Shown here: positions 1-8,876 of the stretch, in pieces | How positions within the stretch are numbered: position 1 is the stretch's first letter | Layout of the letters: each line of letters begins with the position of its first letter | Assembly (NCBI GenBank): GCA_964399535.1 | Contig: CAYNRE010000005.1 | Coordinates: 460,371 to 524,370, forward strand | Reading direction: 5' to 3' | Length of the DNA stretch: 64,000 bases | Source: an uncultured Pirellulales bacterium | GTDB lineage: Bacteria > Planctomycetota > Planctomycetia > Pirellulales > CAYNRE01 | Position numbers and translations under genes: made by a program | The notes under the pieces: model-generated | What the model was told of the DNA's origin: nothing | Database searches by the model: none | The model's input: the letters and a program-made list of their open reading frames with translations, nothing else

Positions 1-609
1 CGCGCCGCCGCCCAACTGGCCGCCCGGGCCAGCGAACTGCAAACGGCGCTGGTGGCGCTGTGCGCGGCGATTACCTTAACAATCGCCCCGCCGCTGTTAG
101 CCTGGTTTTTGCCGCGCTACCAGGGTGGCCTGGCCGCAACGGTGTGGCTGGTTCCCGGCACGGTGGCGCTGGTGCTGTCGCTGCCGGCCCAGCAGTGGTT
201 GGTGGCGGTCGACCGCCAGCAGCGATTCGCCGTGGTGCAGCTTCTGTTGGTCCTGGCCGGCGCTGCCTTGCAATGGGCCGCCGCCGTCACGATGCACAAC
301 CTAACCGCGGTGGCCCTGGCCGCGGCCACGGCCTACTGGCTTCAACTGGTAACACTGGTCGGGCTCTCGTTCGGTCCCGAGCTACCCGTTGCCGATCGAA
401 TTCGTTACGGCTTGGCTCACCTGCTGGCCCTGGTGCCGCTGGGAATTGCCCTGGCCTGGATCGGCACGGCCCGATGGCTTGCGCTTTCGAGCCTGGCCGG
501 GCTGTTGCTGGGTATCGCCGCGGTGCTGGCGAGCGGCTTGGCCGTGCTGGCCTTGGGCTGGTGGGTAGGTGGCTGGCAAGTGTACCTCGAACGAGAATCG
601 CGGCGATGA
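1..609 (+). CDS. Polytopic membrane protein, C-terminal part (probable MOP/Wzx-type polysaccharide flippase); 5' end lies outside the window
   Basis: Frame 1 is open from nt 1 (RAAAQLAARASELQ...) to the TGA at 607-609. The product is a series of hydrophobic helices (LVPGTVALVLSLPAQQWLV, GLLLGIAAVLASGLAVLALGWWV). The stop overlaps the next ATG (ATGA). The family call rests on composition and glycan-operon context only. Confidence 0.45.
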   Translation, partial: RAAAQLAARASELQTALVALCAAITLTIAPPLLAWFLPRYQGGLAATVWLVPGTVALVLSLPAQQWLVAVDRQQRFAVVQLLLVLAGAALQWAAAVTMHNLTAVALAAATAYWLQLVTLVGLSFGPELPVADRIRYGLAHLLALVPLGIALAWIGTARWLALSSLAGLLLGIAAVLASGLAVLALGWWVGGWQVYLERESRR

Positions 610-1532
610 TTCGACCGAGCCTCGACGAATTGGGCCATGCCTGTCACAAGCCGGGCCATCCGCGGCTGGGTAGTTGGCTCGCGCGCCACGTGGGGCGACC
701 CGCGGCCCTGCGCATCACCTGGGTCATCCTGCCCTGGGGTGTTTCGGCCCACGCCGCGACGCTCGCGGCCTGGGCCCTCGGCCTGGCCACGGCAACGCTG
801 CTCTCGCTCGGTTCGCCCCGGGCCTGGCTGGCCGCAGCGGCGACAGGTTGGCTGTGGTACCTGGCCGACCATGTCGATGGCCAACTGGCCCGCTGGCACC
901 GCAGCCCTTCGCTCGACGGCGCGCAGCTCGACTACTGGATGCATCACAGCCTGGCCTGGGCCTGGCCGGTGGGGTTCTGTTTGGGCTTGGCTCGTGCCAG
1001 GCAAGACACGGCCTGGCTCGCCGCGGGCCTGATTTGGGCCACAGCCGCTCAGGTGGTGTCGCTCGAACACGATACCCGTTGGAAAGCCTTTGAACAGCGG
1101 CTCAAACGTCTGCGCGGCTGGCTCAGGGCTTGCGGCGGCGGCGGCGGACGGCCCGAGCCGCCCCCTCAGATACCTCGCTCCGCGCGCGGCCTGATCGGCT
1201 ACCTGGCCCGCAAGTCGGGCGAGTCCGCGTTCCAACTCCTGGTGCTCAGCGTGCTGGCCGTGGGGAGCTGGGCCGCAAACGACTCTCGACTGTACTGGGC
1301 CGGCTATTGGGTCGTTGCTGCCGCGGTGGCGTCGGTGGTCTCGGCGGCTCGGGTGCTCTGGATTTCGCTTCAGCAGCAACGAACCGAGCAGGCATTCGCC
1401 CAGTGGTTCCAAGTGCCCGCCGGCTGGGAGCTCGTGTACCGCGACGGATGGTGGTATCTCGATCCTACCACGACCGCCGACCCGCCCCAGCCTGCCAACT
1501 TCGCCGAGCCTTCCCCGACGGTCTCGTCTTGA
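606..1532 (+). CDS. CDP-alcohol phosphatidyltransferase-family membrane protein (variant signature)
   Basis: ATG 606 overlaps the upstream stop. It contains ADHVDGQLARWHRSPSLDGAQLDYWMHH, which reads D-x2-D-G-x2-A-R-x8-G-x3-D-x3-H. This is the family signature with His at the final Asp position, flanked by hydrophobic helices. The first 546 nt of the listed ORF 60..1532 overlap the upstream gene and are discounted. Confidence 0.7.
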   Translation: MIRPSLDELGHACHKPGHPRLGSWLARHVGRPAALRITWVILPWGVSAHAATLAAWALGLATATLLSLGSPRAWLAAAATGWLWYLADHVDGQLARWHRSPSLDGAQLDYWMHHSLAWAWPVGFCLGLARARQDTAWLAAGLIWATAAQVVSLEHDTRWKAFEQRLKRLRGWLRACGGGGGRPEPPPQIPRSARGLIGYLARKSGESAFQLLVLSVLAVGSWAANDSRLYWAGYWVVAAAVASVVSAARVLWISLQQQRTEQAFAQWFQVPAGWELVYRDGWWYLDPTTTADPPQPANFAEPSPTVSS

Positions 1533-1680
1533 CCCTGGCCGAGTCGGCTGCCTATTGTGCTCCCCGCGCCGCGGTCGACCCAGGAGGGGACTCCGCCCGC
1601 GGCCTGGTGATTGCGCAGCGTCGTCGGTAGCGTCCACGGCGCGCGCCCAACACCATGTCTGGCGAAACGGAGTTCGCCTG

Positions 1681-2775
1681 GTGCACGCCGCTTTTGATGC
1701 CGAATTGCTGGTGCTGAACTTCAATGGCCGGGCCTTGCTCGAGCGCTGCCTTTCCAGCGTCTGCGAAGCGGCCCAGGCCAGCCGCTACCGCTGCCGGGTG
1801 CGGGTGATCGACAATTCGTCGACCGACGATTCGCTCGATCTGTTGGAACGTCGCTTTGCCCACCTGGGCGTTTTGACCTGCCCGAACCGGGGCCTGGCTT
1901 CGTTCAACCTGGCCGCGGCCCAAAGCCGCGCGCCGGTCGTGGTGCTGCTGAACAACGACCTGGTGGTGCGCCGCGACTTTGTCGACCCGCTGCTGGCACC
2001 GCTCTTGGCAAGCCGCGAGCGCGATGAAAACCTGTGGGCGACGGTGCCCCGGCTGTGGCGTGAAGATGGCCAAACTTACGAAGGGCAGCGGACCGCCGTT
2101 GCCTGGCGGTGGGGCCTGGTGCAAGCCACCTCGCACTTTCCCGGATACTCGGCCGGCGTTGCCTCGGCGGGCCCGACCGCTGCCGCCGGAGCAGCGCTGG
2201 CGGTCGACCGGGAGAAGTTTCTCAGCCTGGGGGGGTTCGACCGCCGGTACCTGCCCGGAGTTATCGAAGACCTGGACCTAGGCTACCGCGGGCACTGCCG
2301 CGGCTGGCGCATGGCGTATGTGCCGCAGTCGCAGGCCGTACACCTGGGCCGGGCCACGTTTGGCCCCCAGTTCGGCGACGCCGGCTGCCGTTACCTGGCT
2401 CTGCGCAACACACTGCTGTTTCAGTGGACCCATTTGCGACGGCCATCGCACGTCGCGCGCCAGTCGGCGGGGCTCGCGGCGCGAGCCCTGCGCGAGCTGG
2501 CCGCGGCACCGTTTCGACCCGCTGGAAACCGCTGGCAGTTCCTTCGCGCCCTGGCCGGCGCCTGGAAACTGTGGCGCCAGCACGGCTCCGCGCCCCGGAT
2601 CCCGGGCAACGCGCTGGCCGAACGAAGCTTCTTCTCTCGGTTTTCTCCTCAGTCGATGTGCCGCCCGGCGGCCGCGACCCCAGGCCGCCTTGGCGCGGCC
2701 GGCGCTGAGCCCGCCGAAGCGAGCTGGACCAGCCGTGGGGCGGCCAACGGGCAACTTTCCCTGGGCAAGGCATGA
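1681..2775 (+). CDS. Family 2 glycosyltransferase (GT-A fold)
   Basis: GT2 N-terminal pattern: LLVLNFNGRALLERCLSSV, VRVIDNSSTDDS, VVVLLNNDLVV, IEDLDLGYR. The ORF is open from 1315. GTG 1681 was chosen because it lies just before the first beta-strand, so the start is uncertain. Confidence 0.75.
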   Translation: MHAAFDAELLVLNFNGRALLERCLSSVCEAAQASRYRCRVRVIDNSSTDDSLDLLERRFAHLGVLTCPNRGLASFNLAAAQSRAPVVVLLNNDLVVRRDFVDPLLAPLLASRERDENLWATVPRLWREDGQTYEGQRTAVAWRWGLVQATSHFPGYSAGVASAGPTAAAGAALAVDREKFLSLGGFDRRYLPGVIEDLDLGYRGHCRGWRMAYVPQSQAVHLGRATFGPQFGDAGCRYLALRNTLLFQWTHLRRPSHVARQSAGLAARALRELAAAPFRPAGNRWQFLRALAGAWKLWRQHGSAPRIPGNALAERSFFSRFSPQSMCRPAAATPGRLGAAGAEPAEASWTSRGAANGQLSLGKA

Positions 2776-3545
2776 TCGAATTCGTCGCGGCGCCGGTCGT
2801 GGCCCCTCTCAGGCCGAATGGGTATTCGGCCGAGCGGTCGCGCGCGCCGCGGGCCGATTGGCTCGCGGCCGAACGCCGGTTGGCCCGCCGCCATCCGCTG
2901 GGGCGCTGGTACCTGGTGCCGGTGGCAAGTTGGTTTACAGCGCGGTTGGCCCGCACTCGCTGCCGGCCGAACCAGGTGACCCTGTTCGGATTGCTTTCAG
3001 CCGCCCTGGCCGCGGCCCTGGTGGTCGGGTTGGACGACCCCCGCTGGGCCGCGGCGGCCGCGCTGGTGGCATACGCCCTCTGCGACCGCATCGATGGCCA
3101 GCTTGCCCGGTTGCAGGGAACCGCCAGTCGGGCCGGCGCGTGGATCGACGCTCAAGTCGACGAGCTGGTCGACCTGGGACTACATGCCGCCCTGGCCGCG
3201 CGGGCAGCGGCCGACCTTGGCGCCTCGTGGCCATGGTGCCTGTGGGCCCTTTTCGCCACGAGCAAGTACTTGCTGATAACCGGCATCGACGGGCAAGAAC
3301 GCCTCGCGCCGTGCTCAACGTCCGAGGGTGCCAGCGTTCCGGGTACCGGGATCGGCACCCTCACGCTGCTCCGCCGGCTTTGGCATCTGCCGGGCAACGC
3401 CGACCTGCGGCTCCACGCCCTGATCGTGGCCTGTCTAACGGGCTACGGTCTGGTGGAACTGGGGCTGGTCGCCGGCTACTACGCCCTACGCTCGGCGGCG
3501 CGCTGGGTATGGGTTCCGCGCCGGCTCGCGGGAGGCGCGCGATGA
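2772..3545 (+). CDS. CDP-alcohol phosphatidyltransferase-family membrane protein (canonical signature)
   Basis: ATG 2772 overlaps the upstream TGA (ATGA). It contains CDRIDGQLARLQGTASRAGAWIDAQVDELVD, which reads D-x2-D-G-x2-A-R-x8-G-x3-D-x3-D. Multiple hydrophobic helices are present. Confidence 0.8.
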   Translation: MIEFVAAPVVAPLRPNGYSAERSRAPRADWLAAERRLARRHPLGRWYLVPVASWFTARLARTRCRPNQVTLFGLLSAALAAALVVGLDDPRWAAAAALVAYALCDRIDGQLARLQGTASRAGAWIDAQVDELVDLGLHAALAARAAADLGASWPWCLWALFATSKYLLITGIDGQERLAPCSTSEGASVPGTGIGTLTLLRRLWHLPGNADLRLHALIVACLTGYGLVELGLVAGYYALRSAARWVWVPRRLAGGAR

Positions 3546-4540
3546 CATCGCTCCCCACGGGAAATCGCCTCACCCCCGGGCCCGAATCTCGGCCCACTCT
3601 GACGGCCGCGCTCGTGGTTCAAAACGAGGCGACGCACCTGAGTCAATTGCTGCCCCGGCTGCGCTGGGCCGACGAGGTCCTAGTGGTCGACGGAGGTTCG
3701 TCCGACGCCACCGCGACGGTTGCGCGGGAACTGGGCGCGCGGGTGGTCGCCAGGCCGTTCGATCATTTCGCCGCGCAGCGCAATTTCGGCCACCGCCTGG
3801 CCCAGGGAGACTGGCTGCTCTGGATCGACGCCGACGAGCGCCCCCAGCGGGGTCTGGAAGACGAGCTTCGCCGGGTCATGGTCAACCCCCGGGCGGCCGC
3901 CTACCGAGTGCCTATCCGCAGCCGTATTTTCGGCCGCCGGCTGCGGTTCAGCGGCACGCAGGGAGACCGGCCCGTGCGATTCATGCGGCGCGACGCGGGC
4001 ACCTGGGTCGGCAATGTTCACGAAGCGTTTCTGCTGCGCGCTGATTTCCCCGGCCGCGGCGTTGGTCAGCTGCGCTGTGGACTAGACCATGAAACCTTGC
4101 CTGAAATCGCCGCGTTTCTGGCCAAGATGCACCGCTACACCCAGATGGCGGCCCTGGCTCGGGTCGCGGCCCAGCGACCGCCGCGGAAGCGCGATCGCTG
4201 GTGGGCCCCCTGCCGCGAAGTGTTTCGCCGCTTAATCTGGAAGCACGGTTGGCTCGACGGCCCCCAGGGCTGGCTCTTCTGTGGCCTGAGCGGCCTTTCC
4301 GAATGGGTGCTGGCCGAACGGCATGCCCGCTACTGGGCCGAGCGACAAACCGCGGACCCTCATCGCGACCTGCCGGCCGACGCGGTCTGGTTCGCTCGTT
4401 GGCGGGCCGATCTACGCCAGGTTCATACCCGGTTGGCCAGCCGCTTGGCGCCACAAGCAATGGCGCAACCAAACGCCGAACCAGATTTGGCGACCCGCCG
4501 GTTCGGCCGGGTGGGCCTGCCGGGGGAGGGGCACCGATGA
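3542..4540 (+). CDS. Family 2 glycosyltransferase (WaaE/KdtX-like)
   Basis: ATG 3542 overlaps the upstream TGA. Motifs: LTAALVVQNEATHLSQLLPRLRWADEVLVVDGGSSDAT, WLLWIDADERP. Only the last 333 codons of the listed 740-aa ORF 2318..4540 look like real protein. Confidence 0.8.
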   Translation: MTSLPTGNRLTPGPESRPTLTAALVVQNEATHLSQLLPRLRWADEVLVVDGGSSDATATVARELGARVVARPFDHFAAQRNFGHRLAQGDWLLWIDADERPQRGLEDELRRVMVNPRAAAYRVPIRSRIFGRRLRFSGTQGDRPVRFMRRDAGTWVGNVHEAFLLRADFPGRGVGQLRCGLDHETLPEIAAFLAKMHRYTQMAALARVAAQRPPRKRDRWWAPCREVFRRLIWKHGWLDGPQGWLFCGLSGLSEWVLAERHARYWAERQTADPHRDLPADAVWFARWRADLRQVHTRLASRLAPQAMAQPNAEPDLATRRFGRVGLPGEGHR

Positions 4541-6024
4541 ACGGCCCCCTACCCGAAAACTCGCTGCCGCTCTTGCCGCTGGTGCTGGGAAGCGTACCCC
4601 CCGGCTTGCGCATGGCGCTGGCCCAGGAAGGCGTTCCCACGGTCGAGGCCGATCGAGGCTTGCCAGGCGGGAAATTCTTCCTCTTCGATTCGCTGACCGC
4701 CGAGCCGGGCGAGTTGGCCCAGGGGCAAGTGCCCCTCGACGTGGCGCCGCTTCGGGCCGGCCCGGGCCCCGACCCGTTCGTCGCGTTGGTCGACCGCCAG
4801 TCGACCCGCCGCTGGTGGCAACTAGGTCCCTGGCGGGTGAGCGAGGAAGTTGCCCGGTTCGACAAGCGGCAGATCCGCCGCCGGCTGATGGACGAATTGC
4901 GGGGCCGGCTGGAGCAACTGGGAGGGATTTGGCTTCGGGTTGGTCCCTACCCGTTTCCCTTTCGCAGTGTGTTCAACCTGCGGCTGGATCACGACGATTT
5001 CGACGCCGCGGATTTCGATCGCCTGCTGACGGCGATCGACGGTCGCGAACGATCGACCAGCCACTTTATTTGCGGTTCGACCCATCACGACCAGTTCGAG
5101 GCGCTCCAGCGGCTGCGCGGCTTGGATGTGGGCTCGCACGGCTACTGGCACCACACCTACCACGACCCGGCCGAGAACCTGCGCAATGTGCGGCGGGGCA
5201 TGGAAGTGCTCCAGGCCGCGGGAATCACTCCCTCGGGATTCGTGGCCCCCGGCGGGCGATTCAACGCCGGCCTCCAAGGCGTGCTCGACCAGTTGGCGGT
5301 GAGCCACAGTTCGGAATTCGCCCTGGCCTACGACGATTGGCCCTTCTTTCCCACTGGCTCACAGGTCCTGCAGTTGCCGGTGCACCCGATTTGTCTGGGC
5401 TTGTTTCTCGAAGCTGCCCGCGGACCGCTCGTGCCCCCGGGTTCCGGGCCCCTCGAAGCCGCCCAGGCCGCGGCCCAGCACCTGGCCCAAGCCGTTCAAG
5501 CCAAGTATCGGGCGGGCGAGCCGATTCTGCTCTACGGACATCCCGACAAACGGCTGGGCCGCTACCCGCAGGTGATCGAGGCCGTGTACTCGGCGGTCGG
5601 CGAGTGTGGCTCGCTCTGGGCAACCACGCTCAGCCAATGGAACGATTGGTGGCGCCTGCGCTCGGCCGTAAAGCTTGCCGTGTGGGCCGAGCGCGACGGC
5701 TACCGCGCTACGGCCGAGGGGCTGCCCGCAAGGTTTCCCGTGGCGGTTGAATTCTGGCGCGACCAGCACGTCGCGGTGATGCCTGTCCGGGCGGCGCAGT
5801 GGAGCTTTGCTCCCTCGGCCTTGGCGTACCTGCGTCGTCCCGATCAACCTCCGACGCTGCCAGTACGGATCGACGGGGCCCATCGGGCGGTCGCTCCTGC
5901 GCAACCCATTCGGCAGCGGCTCAAGCGTTGGCTCGACTGGGAAAAGGCGACCCCGCTCGACGAAATCCCCCGCGACACGGTCCGTGGATGGCTCAAACAC
6001 CGGCTGCGAACCTGGCGAAAGTAG
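4537..6024 (+). CDS. Polysaccharide deacetylase (NodB/CE4-like) with an extra N-terminal domain
   Basis: ATG 4537 overlaps the upstream TGA. Motifs: FNLRLDHDDFD, GSHGYWHHTY and FVAPGGRFN match the CE4 Asp-Asp and His-x-x-x-His metal/catalytic pattern. About 130 N-terminal residues have no recognisable family. Confidence 0.7.
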   Translation: MNGPLPENSLPLLPLVLGSVPPGLRMALAQEGVPTVEADRGLPGGKFFLFDSLTAEPGELAQGQVPLDVAPLRAGPGPDPFVALVDRQSTRRWWQLGPWRVSEEVARFDKRQIRRRLMDELRGRLEQLGGIWLRVGPYPFPFRSVFNLRLDHDDFDAADFDRLLTAIDGRERSTSHFICGSTHHDQFEALQRLRGLDVGSHGYWHHTYHDPAENLRNVRRGMEVLQAAGITPSGFVAPGGRFNAGLQGVLDQLAVSHSSEFALAYDDWPFFPTGSQVLQLPVHPICLGLFLEAARGPLVPPGSGPLEAAQAAAQHLAQAVQAKYRAGEPILLYGHPDKRLGRYPQVIEAVYSAVGECGSLWATTLSQWNDWWRLRSAVKLAVWAERDGYRATAEGLPARFPVAVEFWRDQHVAVMPVRAAQWSFAPSALAYLRRPDQPPTLPVRIDGAHRAVAPAQPIRQRLKRWLDWEKATPLDEIPRDTVRGWLKHRLRTWRK

Positions 6025-6099
6025 GCCGGCCGAGCTGCGACCCCGATCGTGAATTGCCCGCTGATCCAATCAACCGCTTGCAGACCGAGTGCCCCGACC

Positions 6100-7251
6100 A
6101 TGACCCCCGCGCAGGCGACCACCGAACTACCCCTCGGCCACCCGCTGGCGACGGTCCGCGCGGGTTGCTCCGACCGCGGGGCGAAACCAGCCCTTGGGCT
6201 CCGGCAGGCTACGGCCCTCCCTCGGGTGCGCCTGGCCGGCCGGCTCACGGCGCTCGAGGCGCCCGGCGGGGGCGAGGTTCAACTCGAGGCCCTTGCCCGC
6301 GGGCTGGCCGAACAAGGGCTCGACGCCCGACCGTGGCGCCCCTGGAGCGACGATTGGCAAAGTTTCGACGTGCTGCATTTGGTCGGTAGCGCGCCCGAAA
6401 TGATTCCCTTGGCCGAGGCTGCCCGCCGCCAGGGCATTCGCGTCGTTGTTTCGCCCGTTGCCTGGTTCAGTTGGCGAAGCGCCTGGGGAGAAGCGCGGTC
6501 GGCGGCCGTGCGGCTGCGGGCCTTGAGCGGACTTGCGCTGCGGCACGCATTTCCTCGCCTGGGGACCTGGCGCGACCGGCTCTATCATCTGGCCGATCGG
6601 CTGCTGCCCAACTCCTGGGCCGAGGCCCGGCAGCTCGAACGGCTGTTTCGCGTACCGGTGGAGCGCATCCGGGTGGTGCCCAATGGGGCCGACCCTCGGT
6701 TGGCCCTGGCGCGGCCCGAAGCCTTCACGGCCCAGTACCTGCCGCGGGGGTTCGTGCTGCTGGCTGGCCGAATCGAGCCCCGCAAGAACCAGCTCGCCGT
6801 GCTACGCGCTTTGCACGGCAGCGGGCACCGCACCGTGGTGCTGGGCGACGCGGTGCCCGGCCACGCCGCCTACGCGCGGGCCTGCCGCGAGGCGGCCGAC
6901 GCCGACACGCTGTTCTTGCCAAGGCTCGCGCCGCGCGACCCGCGCTTGGCCGGAGCCCTAGCCGCCGCGGGCTGTCTGGCGCTGGTGAGCTGGTTTGAGA
7001 CCCCCGGCCTGGTGGCGCTCGAAGCCGGTCTGTGTGGCACGCCACTGGTGCTGACGCCGCACGGGGCAACTCGGGAATATTTCGGCCGGCACGCCCAGTA
7101 CGCTGCGCCCAACGACCTGGCCGGCATCCGCCGGGCGGTCGAGACCCAGCTTGGCCGCGGACGCGATCCGGAACTGGCCGCGCACGTGCGAGCCTATTTC
7201 ACCTGGCCCCAGGTGGCCCTGGCCACGCGAGAAGCCTATGCGTCGTTATAG
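6100..7251 (+). CDS. GT-B fold glycosyltransferase (GT4/group 1)
   Basis: Motifs: GGGEVQLEALARGLAEQG near the N-terminus, GRIEPRKNQLAVLRAL, and the E-x7-E region ETPGLVALEAGLCGTPLV. The start is ambiguous (GTG 6049, ATG 6100 or GTG 6226). Confidence 0.8.
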   Translation: MTPAQATTELPLGHPLATVRAGCSDRGAKPALGLRQATALPRVRLAGRLTALEAPGGGEVQLEALARGLAEQGLDARPWRPWSDDWQSFDVLHLVGSAPEMIPLAEAARRQGIRVVVSPVAWFSWRSAWGEARSAAVRLRALSGLALRHAFPRLGTWRDRLYHLADRLLPNSWAEARQLERLFRVPVERIRVVPNGADPRLALARPEAFTAQYLPRGFVLLAGRIEPRKNQLAVLRALHGSGHRTVVLGDAVPGHAAYARACREAADADTLFLPRLAPRDPRLAGALAAAGCLALVSWFETPGLVALEAGLCGTPLVLTPHGATREYFGRHAQYAAPNDLAGIRRAVETQLGRGRDPELAAHVRAYFTWPQVALATREAYASL

Positions 7252-8599
7252 CGATGCCCCCACCCCCGCGGCGCAGCGAGCCCCGCGCCAGAGCGGGCCG
7301 TTGAGCCGGTACCGCTATGTGCGGCTGCGCTGGCGGCTGCTGTTTGCCCTGCTCGATGCCCTGGGGGCCTGGCTTGTCCGCCGCCGGGCCAGGGGCGCGG
7401 GCGAGGCCGCCCGCCAAGCCCTGTTGGCCGAGCCGCGATCGATCCTGCTGGTGCAGCTGGACCATTTGGGCGATGCCGTCATTTCGCTGGTCATGCTGCC
7501 GGCGCTTCGGCGGCGGTACCCCAGGGCATCGATCGAGGTGCTGACCGGCGCCTGGAACAGCGAATTGTTCCGCGCCTGCCCCGAAGTGGATTGCGTACAC
7601 GTGTCCCGGTTCAATCGTTTCGCGCGCCGGGGAAACGCCTGGTGGATGCTGGGCATCGCCTGGTGGGGCTGGAAGTTGCGGGCAAGGCGCTTCGATTGGG
7701 CCGTCGACGTGCGGGGAGAGTTTCCCCTGGCGCTGCTGCTCTGGATGACCGGTGCCCGGCGGCGGTTCGGTTGGGATGCCGGAGGGGGGGGGTTCTTGCT
7801 CACCGACAGCCCCGTGTTCGTGGCGGGCCGTCCGGAGCTCGAATCGCGCTGGGCCCTGCTGGCCGAAATGGGCCTTTCGCCGCGGTCGGCCGCGCGCCGG
7901 TCGAACCCCAGTTTCAGCCCCGATCGGGCCACGCGCGAGCGCATCGGACGGGAGCTGGCCTGCGCCCGTCAAGGCAAGCGTCCGCTGTTGGTTGTTCATA
8001 TTGGTGCCGGAACGGCGGCCAAGCGCTGGCCGGTCGGGCACTGGCGCGAGTTAATCTGCCGGCTGCTCGTCGAGCATGGACCGCGAGTCATCCTGGTCGG
8101 AGACCAATCCGACCGCAAAGCCGCCGGCCAAATCCTGGCCGGGGTTCCCTCGGAAAGCGTCTGGAACTGGTGCGGCCGGCTCAACATCGTGGAACTGGCC
8201 GCCACGCTCGAGGGAGCCGATCTGCTGATCGGCGCCGATTCGGGCCCGGCCCACCTGGCCGCCGCCGTGGGCACCCCCGTAGTGGCCCTCTTCAGCGGCA
8301 CCAACGATGCCCAACAGTGGCGGCCCCAAGGCGCGCCGGTGCTCGTGGTCCGACACGCCGTGGCGTGCAGCCCCTGTCACCGCACTCGCTGCCCCTGGGC
8401 CGATCACCCCTGCATGCAGCAACTTACGCCCGAGGCGGTCGCCCGGGCGGTTGGCCGCAGCCCTTGGCGATGGTCGCGGCAAGCGCCCCTTTCGGAAACC
8501 GAGCGTGTCGCCGCTCGAAACGCCCTGGAGCGGTTCGACGAGCGATCGCGCGAGCGAGAACGAACCGGAGACGAACGCCATGATCGCCCGCTGGTCTGA
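7238..8599 (+). CDS. Family 9 glycosyltransferase (heptosyltransferase-like)
   Basis: ATG 7238 overlaps the end of the GT4 gene. Motifs: ILLVQLDHLGDAVISLVMLPALRRRYPRASIEVL, LLIGADSGPAHLAAAVGTPVVALF, and the C-terminal Cys cluster CSPCHRTRCPWADHPC. Confidence 0.75.
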   Translation: MRRYSDAPTPAAQRAPRQSGPLSRYRYVRLRWRLLFALLDALGAWLVRRRARGAGEAARQALLAEPRSILLVQLDHLGDAVISLVMLPALRRRYPRASIEVLTGAWNSELFRACPEVDCVHVSRFNRFARRGNAWWMLGIAWWGWKLRARRFDWAVDVRGEFPLALLLWMTGARRRFGWDAGGGGFLLTDSPVFVAGRPELESRWALLAEMGLSPRSAARRSNPSFSPDRATRERIGRELACARQGKRPLLVVHIGAGTAAKRWPVGHWRELICRLLVEHGPRVILVGDQSDRKAAGQILAGVPSESVWNWCGRLNIVELAATLEGADLLIGADSGPAHLAAAVGTPVVALFSGTNDAQQWRPQGAPVLVVRHAVACSPCHRTRCPWADHPCMQQLTPEAVARAVGRSPWRWSRQAPLSETERVAARNALERFDERSRERERTGDERHDRPLV

Positions 8600-8798
8600 C
8601 GAAACGCCTCGCGCGACCACCACCGACCCGCGGCTGAGACACGCCCGGCGGGCCGTGGCCGATATGGTGCTGCCCCCCCGTCGGCTGCCGCAACCCGCGC
8701 CCCCCGCGGTGGGGCGCGGATGGGCCTGGTTGGCCGCCGGCTGGATGCTACTCGTGGCCCTGGCCTATGCGGCGGCAACCTGGCGCGGGATGGGTTAG
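8580..8798 (+). CDS. Small hypothetical membrane protein (72 aa)
   Basis: ATG 8580 lies inside the last 20 nt of the GT9 gene. It has a single hydrophobic helix (GWAWLAAGWMLLVALAYAAATW). No family was recognised, so support is weak. Confidence 0.3.
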   Translation: MIARWSDETPRATTTDPRLRHARRAVADMVLPPRRLPQPAPPAVGRGWAWLAAGWMLLVALAYAAATWRGMG

Positions 8799-8876
8799 TT
8801 CGGACGGCGCGGTCGGCGCTGGCCCAGCGGCCTGCTTCACTCGGCAAAACCACCGGCGGAAAGAAAACGAGCTCTC

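Noticed and set aside
417-1724. A 435-aa ORF antisense to the CDP-alcohol transferase gene. Similar long antisense or off-frame ORFs occur at 10377-11423, 21283-22713, 34678-35778, 35863-37548, 37570-39036, 58935-60023 and 61049-62161.
   Set aside because: Their translations are dominated by Arg/Pro/Gly/Ala runs with no motifs. They lie opposite genes with clear family signatures. Stop-poor alternative frames are expected in very GC-rich DNA.
2318-4540. A 740-aa ORF, and the analogous long N-terminal extensions of ORFs 60-1532, 4201-6024, 11408-13864, 16031-17077, 20053-21120 and 40237-41421.
   Set aside because: Only the 3' parts carry protein-family motifs. The 5' parts overlap the preceding gene in another frame and are Arg/Pro-rich. 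Internal starts that overlap the upstream stop (ATGA/GTGA) give sensible N-termini.
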